Source: an uncultured Actinomycetes bacterium (lineage in GTDB: Bacteria; Actinomycetota; Thermoleophilia; Solirubrobacterales; 70-9). Taken from it: DNA of 64,000 nucleotides. The stretch is taken from NCBI GenBank assembly GCA_963721735.1, contig CAVRKX010000003.1, forward strand, positions 18,027-82,026, read 5' to 3'. The notes beneath the pieces are model-generated. The model had not been told where the DNA came from, searched no databases, and was given only the letters and a program-made list of their open reading frames with translations. Below are positions 48,367-57,108 of the stretch, one piece after another; position 1 is the first letter of the stretch; the number at the start of each line of letters is the position of its first letter. The position numbers and the translations under genes are program-made.

Positions 48367-48987
48367 CTACTTGCGCTTGCGCGGCAGAGTGCGGAAGACG
48401 ACGTCCCAGAGCGGGGAGGAGACGCCGTAGCCGTAGCGGTGGTCCTGGAAGTGGTGGCGCATGTGCTGTTCCCGCAGGCGCTTGCCGAGCTTCGTCTTCG
48501 GCGTGTGATGGTGCAGGTGATAGTGCGTGTAGTCGTAGGCGAGGTAGCCGACGATCAGGCCGGCGAAGATCGGATAGGCGGCCGGGGTGCCGAAGATCAA
48601 GGTGAACACCCCGAAAAAGAGCGCCGCGAGCGGCAGGCTGGCCGCCGGAGGCATCACCAGCCGCAGACGGTCGTTCGGGTGGTCGTGGTGGACGCCATGG
48701 ATGATGAAGTGGAGCCGGCTGCCCAGCGGGTGGTCCGGCTCCCAGTGGAACACGAGCCGGTGCAGCCAGTACTCGGTCAGCGTCCAGATCAGCAGGCCGA
48801 GCGCGACCAGCAACACGAGCTCGACCGCGCCGTAGCCGCGATCGGCGCCCAGCCACACCCCGGCGACGACCACCGGCACGAAGATGATCGCGGGCACCGA
48901 GGGGTGAATCCTCGAGAAGAGGTCGAGGAGGCGGTTCTCGAACAGGGGAGGCGAGGCGCTCAGCCGGGTGGTGCGCTCGTGGGCCAT
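48367..48987 (-). CDS. fatty acid hydroxylase/sterol desaturase family membrane protein
   Basis: Histidine boxes HRLVFH, HGVHHDHP and HYHLHHH..HMRHHFQDH, with four TM segments. The start MAHERTT is at 48987. Confidence 0.85.
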   Translation of the reverse strand: MAHERTTRLSASPPLFENRLLDLFSRIHPSVPAIIFVPVVVAGVWLGADRGYGAVELVLLVALGLLIWTLTEYWLHRLVFHWEPDHPLGSRLHFIIHGVHHDHPNDRLRLVMPPAASLPLAALFFGVFTLIFGTPAAYPIFAGLIVGYLAYDYTHYHLHHHTPKTKLGKRLREQHMRHHFQDHRYGYGVSSPLWDVVFRTLPRKRK

Positions 48988-49173
48988 CGGCGCAATTTTA
49001 GCCCGCCCGCCTTTCCGCAACTGCCGGGAAACCTGCCGGCCGCCCGATTCTCAAAAAGACGGGGATAGCGCGAATGCGCCCTCCGAGACCCGCGGCGCGG
49101 TGGGATCATGCCGCGCTCCAGCAGCAACGCGAGAGGGGTAGGAGTGATTCAGATCGAGCATCAGGCCGGGCAG

Positions 49174-49398
49174 ATGGCTGAGGCCATCGGGCTCGCCAAG
49201 CGCCGGGCAACCAAGCGGCGCAAGGGACGCCCGAGCTGCGAGGACTGCTTCTTTCACCGCCAGATGCTCTGCGCGCTCGACCTCGATGAGCCCTGCTCCA
49301 CCTTCCGGCCGAACAGCGCCGACGGCCTCGTCCCCCCCTCCAGCAGACCCTGCTCCTGCGCGGCCAGCCGGAGGAGCCGGTGGCCAAGACCGCCTGAC
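49174..49398 (+). CDS. small Cys-rich protein, with a probable frame break in a C7 run
   Basis: MAEAIGLAKRRATKRRKGRPSCEDCFFHRQMLCALDLDEPCSTFRPNSADGLVPP. After the run CCCCCCC (about 49331-49337) the next frame reads LQQTLLLRGQPEEPVAKTA and reaches a stop at about 49398. Confidence 0.4.
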
Positions 49399-49486
49399 GG
49401 TCGCGCCCGCTCACCCCGGGCAGGCGCTTGCAGGGCCAGCGATTGCGGGCGCCGGGGGTGACGCGGAGATAGAGTTGATCGTCACG

Positions 49487-50281
49487 ATGCGGATCACGGT
49501 GCTGGGGAAGTCGCCGTCGTGGGAGGACGCCGGAGGGGCCTGTAGCGGGTACCTGATCGAGGACGGCCCCACCTCGCTGCTGCTTGACTGCGGCAACGGC
49601 GTGTTCTCGAAGCTCCGCCTGTTTCGGGACTACACCGAGCTGGACGCGGTCCTCATCTCTCATCTGCACGCCGACCATTTCCTCGACCTCGTCCCCTATG
49701 CGTACGCGCTCACCTACGCGCCCCGCCAGCAGCCGGTCCCGGTCGGCGGCTATCCGGGCACCGACAACCCCGCCCGCCCCCGCCTGATCGCTCCGAGCGG
49801 CGCTCGCGAGTGCTTCCGCCGGGTGGTCGGTGCCTGGGGCGGGGAGGACCTGATCGAGAACGCCTTCGCGCTCGAGGAGTACGGCGCGGGGTCCACCGTC
49901 GAGGTGGGCACCCTGCGGGCCCGCTTCAAGGAGGTCCCGCACTTCACCACCACCTACGCGATCGACTTCAGCTCCACCAACGGCAGCGGGCGGTTCACCT
50001 ACGGGGCCGACTGCCGCCCGGGGGAGGAGCTGGTGGAGATCGCCCGGGACACCGACCTGTTGATCGTGGAGGCCACCCTGCCCCGCCCCGAGCGCACCGG
50101 GATCCGCGGCCACATGACCCCCGCCGAGGCCGGCGATCACGCCCGCCGAGCCGGTGCGGCTCAGGTGGTGCTCACGCACATCTCCGACGAGCTCGACTCC
50201 GACTGGGCCCGCGAGGAGGGCTCCAAGGCCTTCGGTGGGCCGGTGGAGATGGCGCGCGAGGGCGCCGTATACGAGATATGA
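49487..50281 (+). CDS. MBL-fold metallo-hydrolase
   Basis: MRITVLGKSPSWEDAGGACSGYLIEDG...LISHLHADHFLDL (HxHxDH motif)...VLTHISDE. Confidence 0.85.
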   Translation: MRITVLGKSPSWEDAGGACSGYLIEDGPTSLLLDCGNGVFSKLRLFRDYTELDAVLISHLHADHFLDLVPYAYALTYAPRQQPVPVGGYPGTDNPARPRLIAPSGARECFRRVVGAWGGEDLIENAFALEEYGAGSTVEVGTLRARFKEVPHFTTTYAIDFSSTNGSGRFTYGADCRPGEELVEIARDTDLLIVEATLPRPERTGIRGHMTPAEAGDHARRAGAAQVVLTHISDELDSDWAREEGSKAFGGPVEMAREGAVYEI

Positions 50282-50409
50282 GGAGCTTTAGCTCCGAAAC
50301 AGGCTGGTCAGGGCGCCGAAGGCGTCCGCAAGTAATTCAAGATATGAGGAGCTTTAGCTCCGAAACAGGCTGGTCAGGGCGCCGAAGGCGTCCGCAAGTA
50401 ATTCAAGAT
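50275..50409 (+). repeat. perfect 66-bp tandem duplication (2 copies plus 3 nt)
   Basis: GATATGAGGAGCTTTAGCTCCGAAACAGGCTGGTCAGGGCGCCGAAGGCGTCCGCAAGTAATTCAA occurs at 50275-50340 and again at 50341-50406. The first copy contains the stop codon of the MBL gene. The repeat lies just upstream of hsp20. Confidence 0.95.
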
Positions 50410-50437
50410 TTAGCGCAGCGGCGGCTAGGCTAAGGCC

Positions 50438-50890
50438 ATGCCACGAGACCGCGACTTGCTGGTCAACTTCGAGCGTATGCGCCGCGAGATGGACGAGCTG
50501 TTCGGCGACGTCTGGGGCGAGCACGGGTGGTTGTCCGGGCGGCCGCAGACCGGCTTCTCGCCGCGCGTGGACGTCTACTACTGCGGCGATCCGCCGAGAG
50601 CGGTGGTCAAGGCTGAGCTGGCGGGGGTCAGCCTCGACACCGTCAGCCTTGAGATCGTCGGGCGAGAGCTCGTGATCCGCGGCGAGCGTCCCGTGCAGGA
50701 GACCGAGGGCCGGGTCTACCAGCAGGTTGAGATCGAGGCGGGCCCCTTCCGCCGTGTCGTGGAGCTGAACGCCGACGTCGTCGCCGAGGAGGCCAGGGCC
50801 ACCTACGAGGACGGCGTGCTGCGGGTCGCGCTGCCCCTTCGCTCCAGCGGCCGGGCCAGCCGGCACGTCCCGATCGAGACGAAGGAGTAG
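50438..50890 (+). CDS. Hsp20/alpha-crystallin family small heat-shock protein
   Basis: 150 aa. FSPRVDVYYCGDPPRAVVKAELAGV...LVIRGER...GPFRRVVELNADVVAEEARATYEDGVLRVALP is the alpha-crystallin domain pattern. Confidence 0.9.
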   Translation: MPRDRDLLVNFERMRREMDELFGDVWGEHGWLSGRPQTGFSPRVDVYYCGDPPRAVVKAELAGVSLDTVSLEIVGRELVIRGERPVQETEGRVYQQVEIEAGPFRRVVELNADVVAEEARATYEDGVLRVALPLRSSGRASRHVPIETKE

Positions 50891-50895
50891 GGCGG

Positions 50896-53328
50896 ATGGC
50901 CCAGTCGGGTGATGGTGGGCCGACGATCGAGGTGGTCGAGACGCCCGATGTCGAGGCGGCGATCCTGGAGCGCCAGGGCCAGCCGCTGCCCGCGGCGCTG
51001 CCGGTGCTCCCCCTCAGGGAGATGGTCCCTTATCCGGATACCCTGACGCCGCTGGCGGTCGGGCAGCAGCGCTCGATCAAGCTCGTCAACGAGGTGCTCT
51101 CCGGGGAGCGGACGCTGGTCCTGGTTGCCTCCCGCGACCCGCAGGTGGATGAGCCCGGGCCCGACCAGCTCTACGACGTCGGGGTCGCGGGGATCGTCGC
51201 GCGGATGCTCAAGGTCCCGGACGGGACGATCCGAATCCTCGTCCAGGGCACCGAAAGGGTGCGGGTGGGCGACTACGTGACCGACGAGCCCTACCTGGTG
51301 GCGCGGATCGAGCCGCTGCCCGACGTGGTCGATCCAACTCCCGAGCTCGAGGCGCTGACCCGCAACGTGCAGCGCACCTTCACGGAGATCATCGAGCAGA
51401 TCCCCTACCTGCCCGAGGAGCTGCAGCTCGCCGTGACCAACGTCGACGACCCCTCGGCGCTCGCCCACCTGATCGCCGGCGCGCTTCGGATCTCGACCGA
51501 GGAGAAGCAGGAGCTGCTGGAGGAGGTCGACGTCGGACGGCGGCTGCGGCGCCTCTCGGAGATCCTGGCCCGCGAGCTGGAGGTGATCCAGCTCGGCACG
51601 AAGATCCAGTCGCAGGTCCAGTCGGAGATCGAGAAGGGCCAGCGCGAGTACTACCTGCGCGAGCAGCTGAAGGCGATCCAGCAGGAGCTGGGCGAGGGTG
51701 ACGAGCAGCAGGCCGAGATCAACGAGCTGAGAGAGAGGATCGAGGCGGCGAACCTTCCCGAGCATGCCCGCAAGCAGGCCGAGCGAGAGCTGGGACGGCT
51801 CGAGCGCCTCCCGCCGGCGGCCGCGGAGTACGGCGTCATCCGCACCTACCTGGAGTGGCTCGTGGAGCTGCCGTGGAGCGTCACCACCGAGGACAACCTC
51901 GACATCGCTCATGCGCGCGAGGTCCTGGACGCCGACCACTACGACCTCGAGAAGGTCAAGGACCGGATCCTCGAGTACCTGGCGGTGCGCAAGCTGATGC
52001 AGGAGTCCGGCGACCGCGCCGGCGGGGGAACGGCCGCAACCGCCCAGGGCCCGATCCTCTGCTTCGTCGGGCCGCCGGGCGTGGGCAAGACGAGCCTCGG
52101 CCGGTCGATCTCGCGAGCGCTCGGGCGCGAGTTCGAGCGCATCTCGGTCGGCGGCGTCCGCGACGAGGCGGAGATCCGGGGCCACCGGCGGACCTACATC
52201 GGGGCGATGCCGGGGACGATCGTCCGCGCCCTGCGCGACGCCGGCTCGCGCAACCCCGTGTTCATGATCGACGAGATCGACAAGATGGGCGCCGACTTTC
52301 GCGGCGACCCGTCGAGCGCCATGCTCGAGGTGCTCGACCCGGCCCAGAACGACAGCTTCCGCGACCACTACCTGGACCTCGAGTTCGACCTCTCCGAGGT
52401 GGTGTTCATCACCACGGCGAACACGCTCGACACCGTGCCCCCGGCGCTCACCGACCGGATGGAGGTGATCAGCCTCTCCGGCTACACGCTGGAGGAGAAG
52501 CTTCACATCGCGAAGCGCTACCTGGTGCCCCGTCAGATCGAGCAGAACGGCCTCGCGCGCGGCCAGATCTCGTTCAGCGACGCGGCGCTGCGGGTGGTCA
52601 TCGAGGAGTACACGCGGGAGGCGGGGGTGCGAAACCTGGAGCGCGAGATCGGCAGCGTCTGCCGCAAGGTCGCGCGGGAGGTCGCTGAGGGGAAGGTCAA
52701 GGGCAAGACGACGATCTCCGGCAAGCGGGCGCGCGAGCTGCTCGGCAGGCGCCGCTACTTCGCCGAGCAGCGGCGGCGCACCCAAGACCCCGGGGTGGCG
52801 ACGGGGCTTGCCTGGACGCCGGTCGGGGGCGAGGTGCTGTTCGTCGAGGCCACCGCCGTGCCCGGGGACGGCAAGCTGTTGATCACCGGCCAGCTCGGCG
52901 AGGTGATGCGCGAATCGGCCCAGGCGGCGCTGTCGTGGGTGCGCGGCAACGTCGCGCGGCTGGCGCCGGAGCTGGGCGACGACTGGTTCGCGAGCCACGA
53001 CATCCACGTCCACGTGCCGGCGGGCGCGGTGCCGAAGGACGGCCCCTCCGCCGGGGTGGCGATGGCGGTTGCGCTGGCCTCCCTGGTCTCCGGCAAGCCG
53101 GTCAAGGCGGACGTGGCGATGACCGGAGAGGTGACCCTGACCGGCCAGGTTCTGCCCGTGGGCGGGCTGAAGGAGAAGTCGCTGGCGGCCCAGAGCGCGG
53201 GGATCAAGCGGATCATCGTCCCGGGGCGCAACGAGGGGGACATCGCCGAGATCCCCGAGCACGAGCGCAAGGGCGTCAAGTTCGTCTACGTGGACCGGAT
53301 CGACGAGGCTCTCGCGGCGGCGCTATAG
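50896..53328 (+). CDS. lon: ATP-dependent Lon protease (endopeptidase La)
   Basis: 810 aa with a LON N-domain, Walker A GPPGVGKTSLGRS, and the proteolytic site PKDGPSAGVAM with a downstream Lys. Confidence 0.97.
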   Translation: MAQSGDGGPTIEVVETPDVEAAILERQGQPLPAALPVLPLREMVPYPDTLTPLAVGQQRSIKLVNEVLSGERTLVLVASRDPQVDEPGPDQLYDVGVAGIVARMLKVPDGTIRILVQGTERVRVGDYVTDEPYLVARIEPLPDVVDPTPELEALTRNVQRTFTEIIEQIPYLPEELQLAVTNVDDPSALAHLIAGALRISTEEKQELLEEVDVGRRLRRLSEILARELEVIQLGTKIQSQVQSEIEKGQREYYLREQLKAIQQELGEGDEQQAEINELRERIEAANLPEHARKQAERELGRLERLPPAAAEYGVIRTYLEWLVELPWSVTTEDNLDIAHAREVLDADHYDLEKVKDRILEYLAVRKLMQESGDRAGGGTAATAQGPILCFVGPPGVGKTSLGRSISRALGREFERISVGGVRDEAEIRGHRRTYIGAMPGTIVRALRDAGSRNPVFMIDEIDKMGADFRGDPSSAMLEVLDPAQNDSFRDHYLDLEFDLSEVVFITTANTLDTVPPALTDRMEVISLSGYTLEEKLHIAKRYLVPRQIEQNGLARGQISFSDAALRVVIEEYTREAGVRNLEREIGSVCRKVAREVAEGKVKGKTTISGKRARELLGRRRYFAEQRRRTQDPGVATGLAWTPVGGEVLFVEATAVPGDGKLLITGQLGEVMRESAQAALSWVRGNVARLAPELGDDWFASHDIHVHVPAGAVPKDGPSAGVAMAVALASLVSGKPVKADVAMTGEVTLTGQVLPVGGLKEKSLAAQSAGIKRIIVPGRNEGDIAEIPEHERKGVKFVYVDRIDEALAAAL

Positions 53329-53388
53329 CGGCTCCATATCGGGGTATATATGCTCCGAGGACGAGCGAAGCGGACGAGGGAGTTGGCG

Positions 53389-53827
53389 ATGGCAAAGAGC
53401 AGCGGCGCGAGAGCACAGCAAGCGCGTGAGGCAGCCCGTTCGGCGGGCTCCAATCCTTATGTGCGGCGTCTGATCGAGGACGAGGAGTTGAGAGGCAACG
53501 TTCGCGACGCCTTCGAGGCGGCGCGGCACGCGTATCAGCGGATGTCGAACGGCAAGGGGCCGGTAAAGGCGATCACCGAGGACAAGAAGGTGCAGCGCGA
53601 CCTGCGTTCCGCCGCCGAGTCGCTTCGCGAGGCGTCGGACCAGATCCGCGGCAAGCGCAAGCGGCGCCGCTGGGGCCGGCTGCTGGTGGTCGCCGTGCTC
53701 GGTGCCGCCCTCGCGATCGCGCTAAGCGAGGACCTGCGCAAGACGGTGCTCGACCGGCTGTTCGGTGCCGAGGAGGAGTTCGAGTACAGCTCGACGACCG
53801 CGCCCGCCGCCGAGACGGCACGCCTAG
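53389..53827 (+). CDS. hypothetical protein with one TM segment; 3' end uncertain
   Basis: MAKSSGARAQQAREAARSAGSNPYVRRLIEDEELRGNVRDAFEAARHAYQRM...RWGRLLVVAVLGAALAIAL, after a GAGGGAG RBS. There is no in-frame stop before repeat B copy 2. TAG codons occur in the other two frames at about 53825 and 53838, so a frame error is suspected. Confidence 0.5.
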
Positions 53828-53828
53828 T

Positions 53829-53944
53829 GGCCTGGGCTAGCGACGAAGTCGCGGTAGATACGGAAGGGCCTGCCGGGTCAGGGCTGCACCCTCGCCCGAG
53901 GGGCCGGAAACGTAGCCGTAGGCGAGGCTTTCGGCGGAGTATTC
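53829..53944 (+). repeat. intergenic repeat family B, copy 2 (shorter variant)
   Basis: It has the same 5' block (GGCCTGGGCTAGCGACGAAGTCGCGG..GCCTGCCGGGTCAGG) and 3' block (GGCGGAGTATTC) as copies 1 and 3, with a different central hairpin. Confidence 0.8.
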
Positions 53945-53946
53945 CC

Positions 53947-54649
53947 ATGCACAGCGTCCACGTTCTCGTCCGCCCAGCGCCACGTCTTCTCGCTCGACGG
54001 GGGCGGTGGGGCATCGGTCGAGGCCCTCGAGAGCTCGGCGGACGGCTTTCGCCGCTACAAGGAGCTGCAGGCGGAGGGCAAGCCGACCGGCATGGTCGCC
54101 TTCCCCAACACCTGCCTGATCCGGGCAGACCGCGACTATCTCGTCGACCCGGGCCTAGTGATGCAGGGCGGGCCCGTGTTCGGGGCGCTCGAGGCGCTCG
54201 GGGTCGAGGCCGCCGCGATCAAGGACGTCATCCTCACCCACCTGCATTTCGACCACGCCGAGGGGCTCGCCGCCTGGCCCCAGCGCCGCGCCTTCGTCCA
54301 CCGGCTCGAGACCGAGGCCCCATATGCGCAGATCGTCTCCGGGGTGCTGGAGATGGTCCAGCTCGAGATCCTCGACGGCGAGCAGGGCGAGATCGAGCCC
54401 GGCCTTCGGTGGATCCGCACCCCCGGCCACTCCGACGGCCTGATCTCGCTGCTCGTGGACACCGACGACGGCCTGGTCGTGATCGCCTCCGACTGCGTCG
54501 GGCCGCTGCCGGAGTACTTCGAGCAGATGGACCTGCCGGACGACTTCGGGCCGGAGCGGGACGAGCTGCTCACCCAGTGGCGGAAGATCCGCGAGCTGGA
54601 GCCGGCGATCGTGATCCCGGGCCACAACCCCCCGGTCCGACTGCGCTAG
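53947..54649 (+). CDS. MBL-fold metallo-hydrolase; probable frame break near the 5' end
   Basis: ORF 54092-54649 contains ILTHLHFDHAEG (HxHxDH) and TPGHSDG. The same frame is open upstream (HVFSLDGGGGASVEALESS...) but the only start (ATG 53947, MHSVHVLV) is in another frame. Confidence 0.6.
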
Positions 54650-54654
54650 ACCCC

Positions 54655-54800
54655 GGCTTGCACTAGCGACGAAGTCGCGGTGGTGACGCGGGGCCTGCCG
54701 GGTAAGGTACGCGCCCAAGCCCGGCGCATCCGGCTTCGCCGGATGACCGGTCGCCTTCGGCTCCCTGGTAGCCGAAGGCGGGGCTGTCGTCGGAGTGTTC
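54655..54800 (+). repeat. intergenic repeat family B, copy 3
   Basis: Collinear with copy 1 (CTAGCGACGAAGTCGCGG..GCCTGCCGGGTAAGG..GCGCCCAAGCC..CATCCGGCTTCGCCGGATG..GTCGGAGTGTTC). It contains a 10-bp hairpin GCCTTCGGCT/AGCCGAAGGC. Confidence 0.8.
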
Positions 54801-54809
54801 AGAAGGGAG

Positions 54810-55445
54810 ATGCCGGTGGAATCGAAGACCGTCGAGGCGGGATTCGGCAACCGAGAGCGCCAGCTGAGCGGCGAAAAGGTCCAGTGGATCGTCGACGCGA
54901 TGCGTCACTGCGTCGCCGAGCGGGGCATCGCCGGCGCCACGTTCGAGCAGGTGTCGCAGAAGGCGGGCGTCAGCCGCGGGCTCCTCCACTACTACTTCGG
55001 GACCAAGGAGCGCCTCCTGATCGAGGTGCTTCGCAACGACGCGGAGACCAGGATCGGGATGCTCGACGAGCCGCTGGCGGCGGCCAAGACCGTGGACGAC
55101 GTGATCGCCGTGCTCGTCGCCGGCGCGGAGGAGCTGCTGCGGGAGGACCCCGGCTTCTACGTGATCCTCTACGAGCTGTTCACCGCGGGCCGCCAGAACC
55201 CGGACATCCAGGCCGAGCTCGCGGAGCTCTATCAGCGCTCCCGCGAGCACGTCGCCAGGGCGCTGCGCCAAAAGGAGGCGGAGGGCGTCCTTTCCCTGCG
55301 CTTCGACGCGGAGTCGGCGGTCACCTACATGTTCGCCGCCGCCGACGGCGGCGCCCTCCAGCGCCTCACCGATCCCCCGCGCGACTACTCGGCGACGATC
55401 GAGATCGGCGCCCAGGTGGCGCGCTTCCTGCTCACCTCGGAGTGA
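54810..55445 (+). CDS. TetR/AcrR family transcriptional regulator
   Basis: ATG at 54810 after a GAAGGGAG RBS. The HTH is GIAGATFEQVSQKAGVSRGLLHYYFGTKERLL. Confidence 0.9.
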   Translation: MPVESKTVEAGFGNRERQLSGEKVQWIVDAMRHCVAERGIAGATFEQVSQKAGVSRGLLHYYFGTKERLLIEVLRNDAETRIGMLDEPLAAAKTVDDVIAVLVAGAEELLREDPGFYVILYELFTAGRQNPDIQAELAELYQRSREHVARALRQKEAEGVLSLRFDAESAVTYMFAAADGGALQRLTDPPRDYSATIEIGAQVARFLLTSE

Positions 55446-55472
55446 GCCCCAACGCGTCGAGGCCGCACGGCC

Positions 55473-56778
55473 TTACGACGTCGAGGCCCCCCGCGGGAAG
55501 ATCCGCTGCATCTTCCACAGCAGCTTGAGCGAACCGTGCGGCCGCAGCCTGCGGCGCAGCATCGCCCGCCGCGGGTCGCCGCCGTAGGTCGAGACCTCCA
55601 GGAAGTCTCGCCATGAGGTGTCCAGGGTCAGGCTCGGCCGCGGGGCCTCGCCCCGGACCGCCTCCGTGGCGCCGTTGTCGATCCTGATGTGCCACGGGTC
55701 GGCGTCCGAGAAGCGCCACTGGATCGTCACCGGTCGGCCGTTGACGGCATCGGTCTGAGCCGAGCGCGCGATGACGTCGAAGAGCAGCGCCTGCGTCTCT
55801 GGAGACGAGTCGGGGCTGGCCACGGGCTCGCCGACGACGCCCGCGCGCAGCAGGGTGATCGCCCGCTTGGCGCGTTCCACGTGGGGCTGTGTGAGGTCGA
55901 ACGGGAAGATGTCGGAGGGCATCTCGTCGATCGGGTAGCCGGCCGCCTTCCACTTCGTCTCCACCGAGCGAATGCCGAACGCATAGATGTCCTCGAGCTC
56001 GAAGCCCCAGCAACGGGTGTACTCGAGATCCCAGCCCGGCGGCACGAACACCGACATCGACCAGGGCAGCACCTCGCGCAGGATCTCGTCGACGGCCGCC
56101 TTGCACTCATCCGTCTCACGGAAGCAGTCCGAGAGCACCTTCACCCCGAAGCCGATGTGGCGCTGCTCGTCCCGCGAGACGTTGTGCATCCCCTCGCTGA
56201 ACCCGGGCATCGTCCCCGACTTGTTGAAGAAGTCCTCGATGAAGTGCTGTCCCGGCTGGGCGAGCGCGGCCTCGACGACCAGGTGATAGAGGGCGATCGC
56301 CTGGGCGAACTTGGGGAGCGAGCGGTCCTTGCGAAGCTCTTCGCCCATGCGGTCGAGGCGGTCGAACACGTTTCGGTAGCCCCACCCGAGCTGCGCCTCC
56401 GTGTAGGCCAGCGTCGACCCGATCGTGTCGCCGGCGCCGATCACCTCCTTGAAGAAGCGGTGGAAGAAGACCGCGTGGCGGGCCTCGTCGACCTGCTGCG
56501 TGGCGAGGAAGTACTTCTGCTCCTCCAGTCGGCGCGGCGTCGATGTAGGGAGACAGGTTGTCGGTGACCGAGTCCTCCCCGTAGAAGAACATCGAGTAGG
56601 TCCACAGCGCCGACTTCCGCTGGATCTCGCTCAGCGCCTCCCAGCCCTTGCGGTCCTCGGTCAGGTCGATCTCGGTCGCCTTCCAGTTCCCGTCCTCCCA
56701 GCGCCCGTAGAGATCGTCATACGAGATCTGGTCGACGAAGGAACCCCGGTCGATCCCGTCCTTCTGCGCAACGCTCAT
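55473..56778 (-). CDS. ferritin-like di-iron protein of the ribonucleotide reductase R2 superfamily fused to a C-terminal SCP2-like domain; one frame break near 56530
   Basis: The N-terminus (ORF 56116-56778) reads DLTEDRKGWEALSEIQRKSALWTYSMFFYGEDSV. The continuation has the metal motifs VDEARH and SRDEQRHIGFG. The C-terminal 110 aa or so (VTIQWRFSDADPWHIRIDNG...DPRRAMLRRRLRPHGSLKLLWKMQRIF) are SCP2-like. Confidence 0.7.
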
Positions 56779-57108
56779 CTGTCTCTCCTCCGCTCAGCCG
56801 CCGTTCACGCTTCCACCAATCGATGACATGGTTCGAGCATAATGCCCCGCGGAAGCTCGCCAACTGTGCGCGCGTACTAGCCGCGGGCAAGTGGACGGCC
56901 ATGTCACAGTGCCGATGCCGGAGGCTTCGCGGCACTCTCGCACGGAACTGGTCTGCCGGTAGGGAATGGAGGGCGATCCGAAGGAAGCGGTCCGCCAGAT
57001 GCTCTTGGTGTGATGCACCGGTCGCGATCGGTTGCCCTTGCCGACACGCTCCGCGGGTGCGCCGGCGCCGAGCCTGCTCCGTGCACGCCAGCGCCGACTT
57101 GCCCTGCC

